A DNA stretch of 63,811 nucleotides, filler included, from Chiloscyllium plagiosum (GCF_004010195.1; 3 parts of one record of this genome joined end to end with filler, not necessarily neighbours in it), one strand, 5' to 3'. Positions 12,005 through 25,965 are shown, counted from the whole stretch's first letter. Made by a program: numbers and translations. The notes: generated by a model from the sequence alone, not told the origin.

Positions 12005-13550
12005 AGACAATAGGTGCAGGAGTAGGCCATTCAGCCCTTCGTGCTAGCAGCACCATTCATTATGATCATGGTTGATCATCCACAATCAATATCCTGTTCC
12101 TACCTTATCCCCATAACCCTTGATTCCACTATCTTTAAGAGCGCTATCCATCTCTTTCTTGAAAGTATCCAGAGACTTGGCCTCCACTATCTTCTGCGGC
12201 AGAGCATTCTATTTGGGTGAAGAAGTTTCTCAACTCTGTTCTAAATGGCCTACCCCTTATTTTTAAACTGTGTCCTCTGGTTCTGGTCTCACCCATCAGC
12301 GGAAACATGCTTTCTGCCTCCAGAGTGTCCAATCCTTTAATAATCTTATACGTCTCAATCAGATCCTGCCTCATCCTTCTAAACTCCGGTGTATACAAGC
12401 CCAGTCGCTCCAATCTTTCAGCATATGATAGTCCCACCATTCCGGAAATTGACTTTGTGAACCTACGTTGCACTCCTTCAATAGCCAGAATATCCTTCCT
12501 CAAATTTGAAGACCAAAACTGCACACAATACTACAGGTGCAGTCTCACCAGGGCCCTGTATAGCTGCAGAAGGACCTCTTTGCTCCTATACTCTATTCCT
12601 ATTCTTATGAAGGCCAGTATGCCATGAGCTTTCTTCACTGCCTGCTGTACCTGCATGCTTGCTTTCATTCACTGATGTACAAGAACACCCAGATCTCTCT
12701 GTACTGCCCCTTTACCTAACTTGACTCCATTTAGATAGTAATCTGCCTTCCTGTACTTGCCACCAAAGTGGATAACCACACATTTATCCACATTCAACTG
12801 CAGCTGCTATGCATCCGTCCATTCACCTAGCCTGTCCAAGTCACCCTGTATTCTCATAATATCCTCCTCACATTTCAGCCTGCTACCCAGCTTTGTATCA
12901 TCAGCAAATTTGCTAATATTACTTTTAATGCCTTCATCTATATCATTAATGTATATTGTAAATAGCTGTGGTCCCAACACCGAGCCTTGTGATTCTCCAC
13001 TAGTCACCGCCTGCCATTCCAAAAGGGACCCATTCTTCACTACTCTTTGCTTCCTGTCAGCCAGCCAATTTTCAATCCAAGTCAGTATTTTGCCCCCAAT
13101 ACCATGTATCCTAATTTTGCTCACTAATCTCCTATTTGGGACTTTATCAAAGGCTTTCTGAAAGTCCAGGTATACTACATCCACTGGCTCTCCACTGTCT
13201 ATCTTCATAGTTACATCCTCAAATAAATTCCAGAAGATTAGTCAAGCACGATTTTCCCTTTGTAAATCCACGCTGACTCTGACATATTCTGTTACTGCTT
13301 TCCAAATGAGTCGTAATTTCATCTTTTATAATTGACTCCAGCATCTTTCCTAGCATTGACGTCAGGCTAACCGGTCTATAATTCCCTGTTTTCTCTCTCC
13401 CTCCTTTCTTGAAACATGGGACAACATTATCCACCCTCCAATCCGCAGGAACGGATTCTGAATCTATAGGACATTGGAAAATGATTACCAATGCATCCAC
13501 GATTTCTAGAGGCACCTCCTTCAGTCCCTGGGATGCAGACCTTCAGGTTC
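12005..13550 (-). mobile_element. CR1 LINE RT and 3' end
   Basis: ORFs with GNYRPVSLTS, YLDFQKAFDKVP, KFADDTK. Confidence 0.95.
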
Positions 13551-13929
13551 CCTGACATTTCCTTCTGCTCCACACTCTAACCACTCTGAATTTAACAAAA
13601 AGTGGCCTCATTTCCTCTTTGGATTTATTAGTAATTATCTTCTAATTTTTGTCCACTAGAAAGTATCCTCTTCACATTACCATTTGCATAATTTTAAAAG
13701 CCTTAAATCAGGTCTCCTCTAAATTTTCTCTTATTTAAATAAAGCCCTTTTTAACATTTCTAGACAGCTGTACTCTTGCTGTTCTTGTATCATCTTTAAA
13801 AATGTTTTTTATTGCAGTCTCTGTGTCTCCATGCTTTTCTCATAGTATAATAATGTGCACCTAAGTGTGCCCTGACCAAAGTCCTATAAAGTCTAATGTC
13901 ATTTCATTTTTAAAACCATTTTACCAGAG

Positions 13930-16900
13930 TGGCGAGGAGAGAAGGATTGGTGAAAAGAGGGCTGCTGGGAAGGGTGAGTTTTTCTGCATTAAAAGGGACT
14001 TACCGCGGGAGTCGAGCCTCCATTTGCCGAGAGGTGTGAGGGAGGAGCGAAGGACTTTTGGGAAGTCATATATTTGTATGGTTGCGTTATCCGAAACACT
14101 ACTCAGGTAGTGTCTCCCACCCATCCTCCTCTAACCAAAAAAAAAGGTTCTGTGCACCAGATTGGTAAGGTAATGAGATTATTTTTTATTCCTTATTTTT
14201 TCAACAGTCTCTTTGGTAATTTAGAATAGTGGGAATAGAGGTTAGGGCAGTTGAATGTTCCTCCTGCAGAATATGGGAGGTAAGGGTCATGACTAGTGTC
14301 CCTGCTGACTGCAGGGAAGTGCACCCAACTCCAGCTCCTCGAAAACCGCATGAGGGAACTGGAGCTGGAGCTGGATGAACTTCGGATCATTCAGGAGGCA
14401 GACGGAGTTATTGAGAGGAGTTAAAGGGAGGTAGTCACTCCTCAGGTACAAGAAAAAGGCAGATGGGTTACAGTCAGGGGATGGAAAGGGAACCGGCAGG
14501 CAGTGCAGGGATCCCCTCTGGCCATTCCCCTCAACAATAAGTATATCGTTTTGGATACTGCTGGGGGGGACGACTTACCAGGAGAAAGCAGTGGGGCACA
14601 GGGCCCTGGCACAGAGTCTGTCCCTGCTGCTCAGAAGGGAAGGGGGAAGAGGAGCAGAGCAGTACTCATTGGGGACTCCATAGTTAGGGGGACAGATAGG
14701 AGGTTCTGTGGGGACGAGAGAGACTCACGGTTGGTGTGTTGCCTCCCAGGTGCCAGGGTTCGTGATGTCTCTGATCGTGTTTTTGGGATCCTTAAGGAGG
14801 AGGAGGAGCAGCCCCAAGTCGTGGTCCACAAAGGCACCAACGACATAGGTAGGAAGAGAGATGGGGATTTAGGGCAGAAATTCAGGGAGCTAGTATGGAA
14901 GCTCAGAGCTAGGATGAACAGAGTTGTTGTCTCTGGTTTGTTGCCTGTGCCATGTGCTAGTGAGGTGAGGAATAGGGAGAGAGAGGAGTTGAATATGTGG
15001 CTACAGAGATGGTGCAGGAGGGAGGGTTTTGGATTCTTGGATAATTGGGGCTCTTTCTGGGGTAGGTGGGACCTCTACAAGCAGAATGGTCTTCATCTGA
15101 ACCAGAGGGGTACCAATATCCTGGGGGGTAAATTCGCTCAGGCTATTGGGGTGGGTTTAAACTAATCCAGCAGGGGGATGGAAAATTGTAGTTCAAGTAT
15201 AGAAAAGGTTGAGAGTAGGGAAGTCCAAAATCAAGTTTCAGGGATGCAAGATGGCACTGGCAAGCAAGAAGTTGGTTTGAAGTGTATCTACTTCAACACC
15301 AGGAGGATCCGGAATAAAGTGGGTGAACTTGCAGCATGGGTTGGTACCTGGGACTTCGATGTTGTGGCCATTTCGGAGACATGGATAGAGCAAGGACAGG
15401 AATGGTTGTTGCAGGTTCCAGGATTTAGATGTTTCAGTAAGAACGGAGAAGATGGTGGAGGGGGGAGGGGGGAGAAATGTGGCATTATTGGTCAAGGACA
15501 GTATTACAGTTGCAGAAAGGGTGTTTGGGGACTCGTCAATTGAGGTAGCATGGACCGAGGTTAGAAATAGGAAAGGAGAGGTCACCCTGTATAGGCTTCT
15601 GAATAGTTCTCGAGATGTAGAGGAAAGGATAGCAAAGATGATTCTCGTTAGGAGTGAGAGAGACAGGGCAGTTGTCATGGGGGACTTCAACTTTCCAAAT
15701 ATTGACTGGGAACACTATAGTATGAGTACTATAGATGGGTCAGTTTTTGTCCAGTGTGTGCAGGAGGGCTTCCTGACACAGTATGTAGACAGGCCAACAA
15801 GGGGCGAAGCCACTTTAGATTTGGTACTGGGTAATGAGCCCGGCCAGGTGTTAGACTTGGAAGTAGGTGAGCACTTTGATGATAGTGATCACAATTCTGT
15901 TGTGTTAACTTTAGTGATAGAAATGGATAGGTGTAGACCACTGGGCAAGAGTTACAGTTGGGGGAAAGGCAATTACGATGCGATTAGGCTGTAGAGCGTG
16001 GGAGCTGTGGTTTACAAAGGAAGTGGAATCTCTGGTCGAAAGGAAGAAGGCGGCTTATGTTAGGATGAGATGTGAAGGCTCAGTTAGGGCACTTGAGGGT
16101 TACAAGGTAGCCAGGAAAGACCTAAAGAGTGAGCTCAGAAGAGCCAGGAGGAGACGAGAAGTTGTTGGCGGATAGGATCAGGGTAAACCCTAAGGCTTTC
16201 TATAGGTATTTAAGGAATAAAAGAATGACGAAAGAAAGATTAGGGCCAATCAAGGATAGTAGTGGGAAGTTGTGTGTGGAGTCAGAGGAGATAGGGGAAG
16301 CACTTAATGAATATTTTTCGACAGTATTCACTCTAGAAAATGACAATGTTGTCGAAGAGAATACTGAGATACAGGCTACTAGACTAGGTGGGATTGAGGT
16401 TCACAAGGAAGAGGCATTTGAAATCCTGCAGAGTGTGAAAATAGAGAAGTCCCCTGGGCCAGATGGGATTTATCCTAGGATCCTCTGGCAAGCCAGGGAG
16501 GAGATTGCCGCGTCTTTGGCATTGATCTTTAAATCGTCATTGTCTACAGGAACAGTGCCAGAAGACTGGAGGATAGAAAATGTGGTTCCCCTGTTCAAGA
16601 AGGGAAGTAGAGACAACCCTGGTAATTATAGACCAGTGAGCCTTACTTCAGTTGTTGGTAAAGTGTTGGAAAAGGTTATAAGAGATAGGATTTATAATCA
16701 TCTAGAAAATAATAATTTGAATAGGGATAGTCAGCATGGTTTTGTGAAAGATAGGTCATGCCTCACAAACCTTATTGAGTTCTTTGAGAAAATGACCAAA
16801 CAGGTAGATGAGAGTAAACTGGTTGATGTGGTGTTTTTGGATTTCAGCAAGGCGTTCGATAAGGTTCCCCACAGTTGGCTACTGTACAAAATGTGAAGGA

Positions 16901-18197
16901 GTGGGACTGTGGGAGATATAGCAGTTTGGATCAGTAACTGGCTTGCTGAAAGAAGACAGAGGTTAATGGGAAATATTCATCCTGGAGTCCAGTTACTAGT
17001 GGTGTACCGCAAGGGTTGGTGTTGGGTCCACTGCTGTTCGTCATTTTTATAAACGACCTGGATGAGGGCATAGAAGAGTGGGTTAGTAAGTTTGCAGACA
17101 ACACTAAGTTCGGTGGAGTTGTGGAAAGTGATGAAGGATGTTGTAGGTTACATAGAGACATAGATAAGCTGCAGAGCTGGACTGAGAGGTGGCAAATGGA
17201 GTTTAATGCGGACAAGTGAGAGGTAATTCACTTTGGTCGGAGTAACCGGAATGCAAAGTACTGGGCTAATGGTAAAATTCTTGGTAGTGTAGATCTTGGT
17301 GTCCAGGTACACAGATCCTTGAAAGTTGCCACCCAGGTTGACAGGGTTGTTAAGAAGGCATACAGTGTTTTAGCTTTTATTAATAGAGGGATCAAGTTCC
17401 GGAACCATGAGGTTATGCTACAGCTGTACAAACTCTGGTGCAGCCACACTTGGAGTATTGTATACAGTTCTGGTCACCACGTTATAAGAAGGACGTGGAA
17501 GCTTTGGAAAGGGTGCAGAGGAGATTTACTAGGATATTGTCTGGTATGGAGGGAAGGTCATACAAGGAAAGGCTAAGGGACTTGAGGCTGTTTTCGTTGG
17601 AGAGAAGAAGGTTGAGAGGTGACTGAAAAGAGACATATAAGATAATCAGAGGGTTAGATAGGGTGGACAGGGAGAGCCTTTTTCCAAGTATGGTGACGGC
17701 GAGCACAAGGGGACATAGCTTTAAATTGAGGAGTGATAGATATATGACAGATGTCAAAGGCAGTTTCTTTACTCAGAGGGTATGGAATACTTTGTCTGCA
17801 ACGGTAGTAGATTCGCCAACTTTATGTACATTTAAGTCGTCATTGGACAAGCATATGGACCTACATGGAATAGTGTAGGTTAGATGGGCTTCAGATTGGT
17901 ATGTGTTGCTGGAAAACGCAGCAGGTCAGGCAGCATCCAAGGAGCAGGAGAATCGATGTTTTGGGCATGAGGCCTTCTTCAGGAATGCAGGGATTCCTGA
18001 AGAAGGGCTCATGCCCGAAACGTCGATTCTCCTGCTCCTTGGATGCTGCCTGACCTGCTGCGCTTTTCCAGTAACACATTTTCAGCTCTGATCTCCAGCA
18101 TCTGCAGTCCTCACTTTCTCCTTCAGATTGGTATGACAGGTCGGTGCAACATCGAGAGCCGAAGGGCCTGTACTGTGCTGTAATGTTCTATGTTCTA
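13930..18197 (+). mobile_element. Near full-length CR1 LINE (5' UTR, ORF1 with CxxC/leucine zipper and SGNH esterase, ORF2 APE-RT, ttctatg tail); frameshifted and inactive
   Basis: ORF1: GDSIVRG, CLPGA, GTNDI, GLHLN. ORF2: SETW, MGDFNFPNIDW, NYRPVSLTS, DFSKAFDKVPH, FADNTK. Confidence 0.95.
17904..18120. mobile_element. Fold-back family A element with hammerhead core, inserted in the CR1 3' UTR
   Basis: Palindromic arms; ctgaagaagggctcatgcccgaaacgtc; TSD cttcagattggtatg at 17889-17903 and 18121-18135. Confidence 0.9.
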
Positions 18198-18721
18198 ATT
18201 TCACCAGCCTCCACCACTTTCTCTGGCAGCTCATTCCATACATGTACCACTCTTTGCATGAATAAGATGCCCCTTAGGTCCCTTTTAAATTTTTCCCTTC
18301 TCACGTTAAACCTATACACTCTAGTTCTAGATCCCCCCCCCCCCCCCCCCCCCCGCCACAACCTTATCTTGACTATAGACCCCTCGTGATTTTATAAACC
18401 TCTATAAGGTCACCCCTCAGCCTCCAATGTTCCAGGGAAAACAGCCCCAGCCTGTTCAGCCTCTCCCTTTAGCTCAAACCTTCCACCCTGGCAACATCCT
18501 TGTAAACCTTTTCTGAACACTTTCAAGTTTCACATCATCCTTTCTATAGAAGGGAGACCAGAAATGCACACAATATTCCAAAAGTGGCCTAACCAATGTC
18601 CTGTACAGCCGCAACATGACCTCCCAACTCCTGTACTCAATGCTCTGACCAATAAGAGAAAGCATACCAAATGCCTTCTTCACTAATTTATCTATCAGAG
18701 ACTCCACTTTCAAGGAGCAAT

Positions 18722-19444
18722 TGTTACAACACAGGGTAACCCTCTCCGCTAATTTAAACCAGACACAGAAAAGCCCACTTCATGTCATAATCTGTGAAAT
18801 TTTGAGTGGCAAAGAACTATCCCAATTATCACTATTCAAAGAAAAAGTTAACAATTTTATTCTTTCAGCCCAAAAGAGGACATTAGACAATAACTATTTA
18901 CAACTCCTTTCTCTTAAACCTAGCTTTTACATCCCACTCTACAATACTAATTCAATAAAAACCCTGATTAAGACTTACAAAAAAAAATCACATTTCAAAA
19001 CCAGCGGGCTGGGTCGATTCTCCTTTGTAGATTTTCCTCAGTGGATTTTCCTGGATCGTCTTTTCTTCGGTCTTCTGCTGCATAAATTTCTTATTGACAG
19101 GTACTTTTCAGAGAGCTATTCTGCTAGCAGTCTGTTGGTGCTTGGCTGCTTTTTGCCATTCTGGCTAACCTGATTTTATATCCTTCCAAACATCGGACTG
19201 TCTCATTAGTTTGATGTCATCCAAAAGAGTAAAACTCAAATTCGATTGGATTCTGGTATCTTGGGGCATAATTTAAACTGATTGGCCAAATTTGGATTTG
19301 TTGCATAACATAGCAACACAGCTCCAGCTATTTGTTTTCACAACCAAATGTTACATTTTTAAATTTTTCAGCACACTCTGAGCCTCTCTCGGTCCTTCCA
19401 CTCTCTCTTAAAAAGGTACAGTACATACTGACACATTCATAATG
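18722..19444. mobile_element. Solo LTR-like insertion in CR1
   Basis: Starts TGTTACA; CR1 resumes on both sides (gcaat / gctat). Its ends resemble the reverse complement of 57276-58045. Confidence 0.7.
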
Positions 19445-20171
19445 CTATGAATCTGCATTCCAAGGTCTCGTTGTTCAGCAAGACTCCCCAGGACCTTACC
19501 ATTAAGTGTATAAGTCCTGCCCTGATTTGCCTTTCTAAAATGCAGCTCCTTGCATTTATCTAAATTAAATTCCATCTGCTACTCCTTGGCCCACTGGCCC
19601 ATCTGAACAAGATCCTGTTGTCCTCTCACCTAACCTTCTTCATTGTCCACTGCACCTCCAATTTTGGTGTCATCTGCAAACTTACCAACCATACATCCTA
19701 TGTTCACATCCAAATTGTTTATATATAAGTGATGAAAAGCAGTGGACCCAGCACCTATCCTTGTGGCACATCACTGGTCATGGGACTCCAGTCTGAAAAG
19801 CATCCCGATAACACCACCCTCTATCTTCAACCTTCGAGCCAGTTCTGTATCCAAATGGGAAATTCTCCCTGCAATCCATGTGATCTAACCTTGCTAACCA
19901 GTCTATCATGAGGAACCTTGTTGTACGGCTTACTGAAATCCACATAGATCACGAGCACTGCTCATCAATCCTCTTCAGTACTTCTTCAAAAACCTCAATC
20001 AACTTAGTGAGACGTGATTTCCCACACACAAAGCCATACTGACTATTCCTAATCAGTACTTGCCTATCCAAATACGTGTAAATCGTGTCTCTCAGGATTC
20101 CCTCCAACAACTTGCCCTTCACCAATGTCAGGTGAACCGGTCTATAGTTCCCTAGATTTTCCTCACCATCT

Positions 20172-20517
20172 TTAGAATGGAATAAAACAGAATAGAATAT
20201 AATAGAATCCCTACAGTGTGAAAACAGGCCTTTGGCCCAAAAAGTCCATGCTGACCCTCCAAAGAGAAATCCTCCCAGACCCATTCCCCAACTATTCTAC
20301 ATTTACCCCTTACTAAGGCACCTAACCTACACATCCCTGAACACAATGGACAGTTTTGCATGGCCAAATCATTTAACCTGCACATCATTGGACTATGGGT
20401 GGAAACTGGACCACCCGGAGGAAACCCACGCAAGCCTGGGGAGAATGTGCAAACTCCAGACAGTCGCCAGAGGCTGGAATCAAACCCGGGTTCTGGACGC
20501 TGAGAGCCACCGTGCCA
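20172..20517 (-). mobile_element. tRNA-derived V-SINE (HE1-like)
   Basis: V-domain TGGAGTTTGCACATTCTCCCC...GCGTGGGTTTCCTCCGGGTG, CR1-like 3' part, (TATTC)n tail. Confidence 0.9.
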
Positions 20518-22429
20518 CCCTTTCTTAAATAGCAGCACCTCGTTAGCCAACCTCCAGTCTTCCGGCACCTCACCTGTGACAATCGATGATCCAAATCTCT
20601 CAGCAAGGGGTCCAGCAATCACTTCCCTAGCTTCCCACAAAGTTCTAGGACACCTGATTAGGTCCCATTTTATGTGTTTCAAGACATCCAGTACCACCTC
20701 TCTGTAATATGGACATTTTTCAAGATGTTACCATTTATTTCCCCATATTCTATATCTTCTAAATCCTTCTCCACAGTAAACACTGATGCAAAGTATTTGT
20801 TTAGTATCTTCCCCATCTCCTGCAGTTCCACACAAAGGTCGCCTTGCTGATCTTTGAGGGGTCCTATTCTCTCCCTAGCTATACTTTTGTCCTTAACATA
20901 TTCATAAAGTCCCTTTGGATTCTCCTTAACCCTATTTGCTAAAGTTATTCAAGTCCCCCTTTTGCCCTCCTAATTTCTCTCTTAAGTATATTCCTACTGC
21001 CTTTATACTCCAAGGATTCACTTGATCCCTGCTGTCTATACCTGACATATGCTTCCTTCTTTTCCTTGACCAAAACCTCAATTTCTTTAGTCATTCAGCA
21101 TTCCCTACATCTACTAGCCTTTCCTTTCACCCTAACAGGAACATACTGTTTCTGGACTCTCGTTATCTCATTTTTGAAGACTTCCCATTTTCCAGCCGTC
21201 CCTTTACCTGCGAACATCTGCCCCCAAACAGCTTTTTAAAGTTCTTGCCTAATACCATCAAAATTGGCCTTCTTCCAATTTAGAACTTCAACTTTTAGAT
21301 CTGGTCTATCCTTTTCCATCATTATTTTAAAACTAATAGAATTATGGTCGCTGGCCCCAAAATACTCACCCAATGACACCTTAGACACTTGCCCTGTCTT
21401 TTTCCCAAAAGTTTTGCACCTTCTCTAGTAGGTACATCCACATACTGAATCAGAAGGTTTTCTTGTACACTCTTAATGAATTCCTCTCCATTTAATCCCT
21501 AAACACTATGGCAGTCCCAGTCTATGTTTGGAAAGTTAAAATCCCCTACCATAACCATCTTATTATTCTTACAGATAATGGAGATCTCCTTACAAATTTG
21601 TTTCTCAATTTCCCACTGACTATTGGGGGGTCTATAATACAATCCTAATAAGGTGATCATCCTTTTGTTATTTCGCAGTTCCACCCAAATAACTCCCTGG
21701 TTGTATTCCCAGGAATATCCTCCTTCAGTGCAGCCATTATGAGCTGCCGGAGGAAGTGGTGGAGGCTGGTACAATTGCAGCATTTAAAAGGCATTTGGAT
21801 GGGCATATGAGTATTAAGGGTTTAGATGGATATGGGCCAAGTGCTGGTACATGGGACTACATGAGGTTGGGATGTCTGGTTGGCATAGACAAGTTGGATC
21901 CATCTGTTTCTGTGCTGTTCATCTCTATTACTATTACTCTACAATATTGTCAAAATGCCTCTCCCCCTCCACTCTTGCCTCCTTTCTATCATTCCTGTAG
22001 CATTTGTATTCTGGAACATTAAGCTGCCAGTCCTGTCCATCCCTAAGCCACATTTCTGTAAATGCTATGATATCCTAGTCCCATGTTCCTAACCATGCCC
22101 TGAGTTCATCTGCCTTCTCTATTAGGCCTCTTGCATGGAAAAAAAAATGCAGTTTAATTTACTTCATTCTCTGCTTTGTCCCTGCCTGCCCTGACTATTT
22201 CACTTGCCCCCTTTCCCAACTGTACCAGTCTCAAACTGATCTCTTTCCTCACTATCTCCCTGGGTCCCACCCCCTCTCCTTACTAGTTTAAATAATCCCA
22301 AACATCTCTAGCAAATTTCCCTGCCAGTATATTAGTCCCCTTCCAATTCAGTTCTTCTTCTACCCCAGAAGAGATGCCTATGATCCAAAAATGTGAATCC
22401 TTCTCCCCTGCACCAGCTCCTCAGTCAAA

Positions 22430-22545
22430 AATAGAAATTGCTGGAAAAGCTCAGCAGGTCAGGCAGCATCTCTAGAGAGAAATCAGAGTTAACATTTTGG
22501 ATCAGTGACATCGGTTCTGAGGAAAGGTCACTCAACCCAAAATGC
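22430..22545. mobile_element. Fold-back family C remnant with degenerate hammerhead box
   Basis: gaaattgctggaaaagctcagcaggtcaggcagcatct...ctgaggaaaggtcactcaaccc; related copy at 60640-60775. Confidence 0.6.
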
Positions 22546-25439
22546 TTTTTTAACTAAAATACAAGTCTTTAGTTTCTCTTTAAGGCATGGATGAATTAGT
22601 GCATTTCTCAAATTGTGTTTATTTACTGTATTTTAAGAGTGTTCTAATCACTCAGTACAATGTGGCAAAGCACACTATGAAATCTTAATATGTCTTCCGT
22701 TAACTTATTGCCTGCTGTTCTGTTGATAAGATGTGTCAATCTATCATTTTAAATTACTTTGCCACACTGTCATGACATTAAAGGCAAAATTCATGATTGT
22801 TTACAGACTCCTTCTCAGCCTCCATAATCCAAGTCACTGCATACATAATTACACTTTCTTTACCCAATTTTTGATTCAATGTTACAGTTTCCTTACATAA
22901 CCACTTTGCACTTCAAAAGAAGTGATTCATTTTTTTTAAGGATAATGCTTCATAGGAGATTCTCTTTGAATTTTTTGAGGCCACAAGTAACTTTTCTCCC
23001 TCTGTATACATCTTATTCATGCTCTCAATGTAGACAACACAGAAAAATAAATGCTAAATTCAAACTGATTAAGTAATGCAAAGACATCAAACAATTATCC
23101 ATTTCTCTTTCTGGATCAGAAAGTATAGCTAAAATCTCGGTGTAGTCGTGGACTGTCAACTGGTACAGGATTTTCATATTTAAATAGGGAAGAAGTAAAA
23201 ACACTAAGATAGCAATTTGTTAAAATAATTAAAACAGATTAGAATTCCACTACTTTAATGTACAAAACAAACCGATTACACAGACAAGAAAATTTCAAGC
23301 ATTCTGCCAAATAGCAGAGACAAAACAATTCCACTGCATACACTCATCATGTTGTAAAGAGAAATGAGAAATGGTTCAACAATTTGTCACTCACCATTTT
23401 AAACACTTCAACGCACCACTTATGTGCAATATGACTTTGGTAAAAATTGAAACTTTTTGTCTTTCTGCCCAAAATAAATCAAGTTGGCTAAAGATGATGT
23501 TTCTTTTGCTGAAATCATTTAGTATTATCCTTTTCCAAGACCATTTTTGTTTTCAGACGTCACACTCAATAGGTACTTTGTTCTTTCTCTAATTGCCTTG
23601 AAAACATATTGATCTACCATCAGTGAATAAACCTCTACTTGCTTAAAACAACCTGCCATAATAAAATCCCTAATAACAAATAAAAACTACAGGAATAGAT
23701 ATGGAGGCACAGATGAATAATTTAGGCTGGATGACCAAAAAGCTGCAGGAAAAGATAAATGCTGAAAGACGTTTAAAAAAAAATTGACAACCCTGAGGCA
23801 GATCCAGACATTTGAAATAACTCTCTGAGCATTTACAGGATAGTGCATAAAATTGTTGTGTTTGGGCTGAGAACTTAGACCCAAGAAGGTTGCCCAAGAG
23901 AAAGGATGGAATGGCAGGGAGGGAAGAAAATATGATAGATTTTAATTTTAATACAATGCAGAAACAATGTAGGTCAACATAGGCAAGAACATTAGTATGA
24001 GCACGAACTTAATGCCAATAGGGTTTAAATGAGCTTTTGCGGGGAGTGGGGAGAGTCAGAAGAGTCTGGTGAAGATGACAGAGAAATTTTATCATTTGGA
24101 TGAGAACATAGACAAGCATCTCAATGCCTAAGGAGCTGAGAAAAGACAGGTAATGATGCCAAGAGAAATCAGGTTGGTTTGGCGCAGATGTGTTAAATTC
24201 AATGCACAGATTGGAGTTCATTAAGGTTTTACACAGTCTGGTTCAGCTTCAGTGGTTGAGATGAAGGATTGGAATGGCAAGGAAGGAATGGGGTTTGTAA
24301 AAGGAAACTACATCTTTGATCTGCCTGATGTGACACCGATCAATAATTAGCACTCTGCTCTTGCTCTGACAATAGGATAACATGCAAGTGGATTTAATCA
24401 AAATGTCACAAGAAAAGTCCAATGTTAATCCTAACTGTCTGAAAAAGACTTAGAGCACCATCACAAATTAATCCTGCTACTGTTGCAGACAGAACTTCAA
24501 AGATTGTAAATTAAGGGTTAATGCTCCCTTGGCTTCATCATTACAAGTTTTAGAAGCTTTAAAGGTATAGCATGTAATTGTAGAACAAAGAAAGAACAAA
24601 ATAAAGAGATGAGTAGAACACAATCTTAAATAATGAGGGTTCAGAAACATTGAAGAATTAGACAGACAGGAAAAAAGGGATTAGCTCAAAAGGATATGAG
24701 TACTGACATGCTAAGCGACTCCAGGAAGTGCATAAACTGGGGGGGCTTGGAGATTTTGGTTATGCCTACGTGAGATAGTTTTAATTATTGAAACAACAAA
24801 GCTAAAAGTAAGTCAGTAGAAGTATGAAGAAATCAAGTGTTTCAGGTTCTGCAGGGAACAGATGTTGCTGTCTGAATGAAACATTGGAAATAATATGGTA
24901 TAACCAAAATAACCAGATATGAATTCAGCTCAGTGGTCACCGTGGTGAGATTTCACATTCTGGTCAATTGCTAGGCATGAAAAGTAAATATAAAATAACA
25001 CCTATGAATCTGCCCAATACACCTAGAGGAAGAAATAGGTGGCACATAATCTGCACGGAATAAATACATCAAATCAGCATTAAACACAAGTTAACCATAT
25101 TGCAAAACATACTGAAATGGTGTAGGAGATGGAGTGATGATTCTGGGACAAATAAAAAAAAAATCAAATCTTAATAAACATAACCATCCAGTTCTATCAT
25201 CTACTTACTTCAAAGTGATGAATCCTATATTCCTGACACCTCTTTCAGCCCTTAAAATTTCATAGTACAGAAATCTAATGTCAGAGTTTCACATTTTAAT
25301 GCTGAGTTTAGCATCTCACTAAAATAATATTACATAGCAATAAACAGCACAACATGATCTTGAAACTCCAAGACCTTCAGCCTATTGCACACACACAATA
25401 AAAAATGTGGGCATGTGGACAAACAACTTACTCTTTTAT

Positions 25440-25965
25440 CCATTCACAGGATGTGGGCTTTGCTGGCGGGGTCAGTTTTTATTTCCCATCCCTAATTCCA
25501 TTAAGAAAGTGTTGATGAGTTGTCTTCTGGAACTGCAGCAGTCTATTTGGTGGAGGTAGATTCACAGTGATAGGGAAGAATTTCTGGTATTTTGACTCGA
25601 TGGCAGTGAAGGATTGGCGATATGCCCCCAAGTCAGAAAGGTGTGTGGTACTTGGTGGTGTCCCCATGTATCTGCTTCCCATGTCCTTCTAAATGTTAAT
25701 GCTTGTTGCCAAGGAGCACTGGTGAATTTCTGTCGTGTATCTCGTAGATGGGATGTAGTGCTGCTACTGAACATCAATGGTGGAGGGAGTGGATGTTTGT
25801 GGCTGTGGTGCCCAATTGGCTGCTTTGTCCTGTTTTGACTATTGTTGAACTGCGCTCATCCAGATAAGTGGAGAGACCTGACTTGTGCCTTGTAGATGCA
25901 GGATAGACTTTAGGCAGTCAGGAGGTGAATTACTCACCAGAATTCCTAGTCTATTTGGATTCCAG
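25440..25965 (-). mobile_element. Old second-lineage LINE 3' fragment
   Basis: Similar to 10470-11050. Confidence 0.7.

Larger units (their letters stand above)
18200..22425 (-). mobile_element. CR1 LINE ORF2, interrupted by a solo LTR, a V-SINE and a plus-strand CR1 3' fragment (~21738-21935)
   Basis: Minus ORFs: LVRPLLEYCVHFWSP, GNYRPV, YYRPPNSQ...VGDFNFPNIDW. Confidence 0.92.

Noticed and set aside
17891..18091. Mirror-image ORFs (CCLTCCAF / KSAAGQAASKEQEN) recurring across the window
   Set aside because: These are by-products of translating the palindromic family A element, not proteins.
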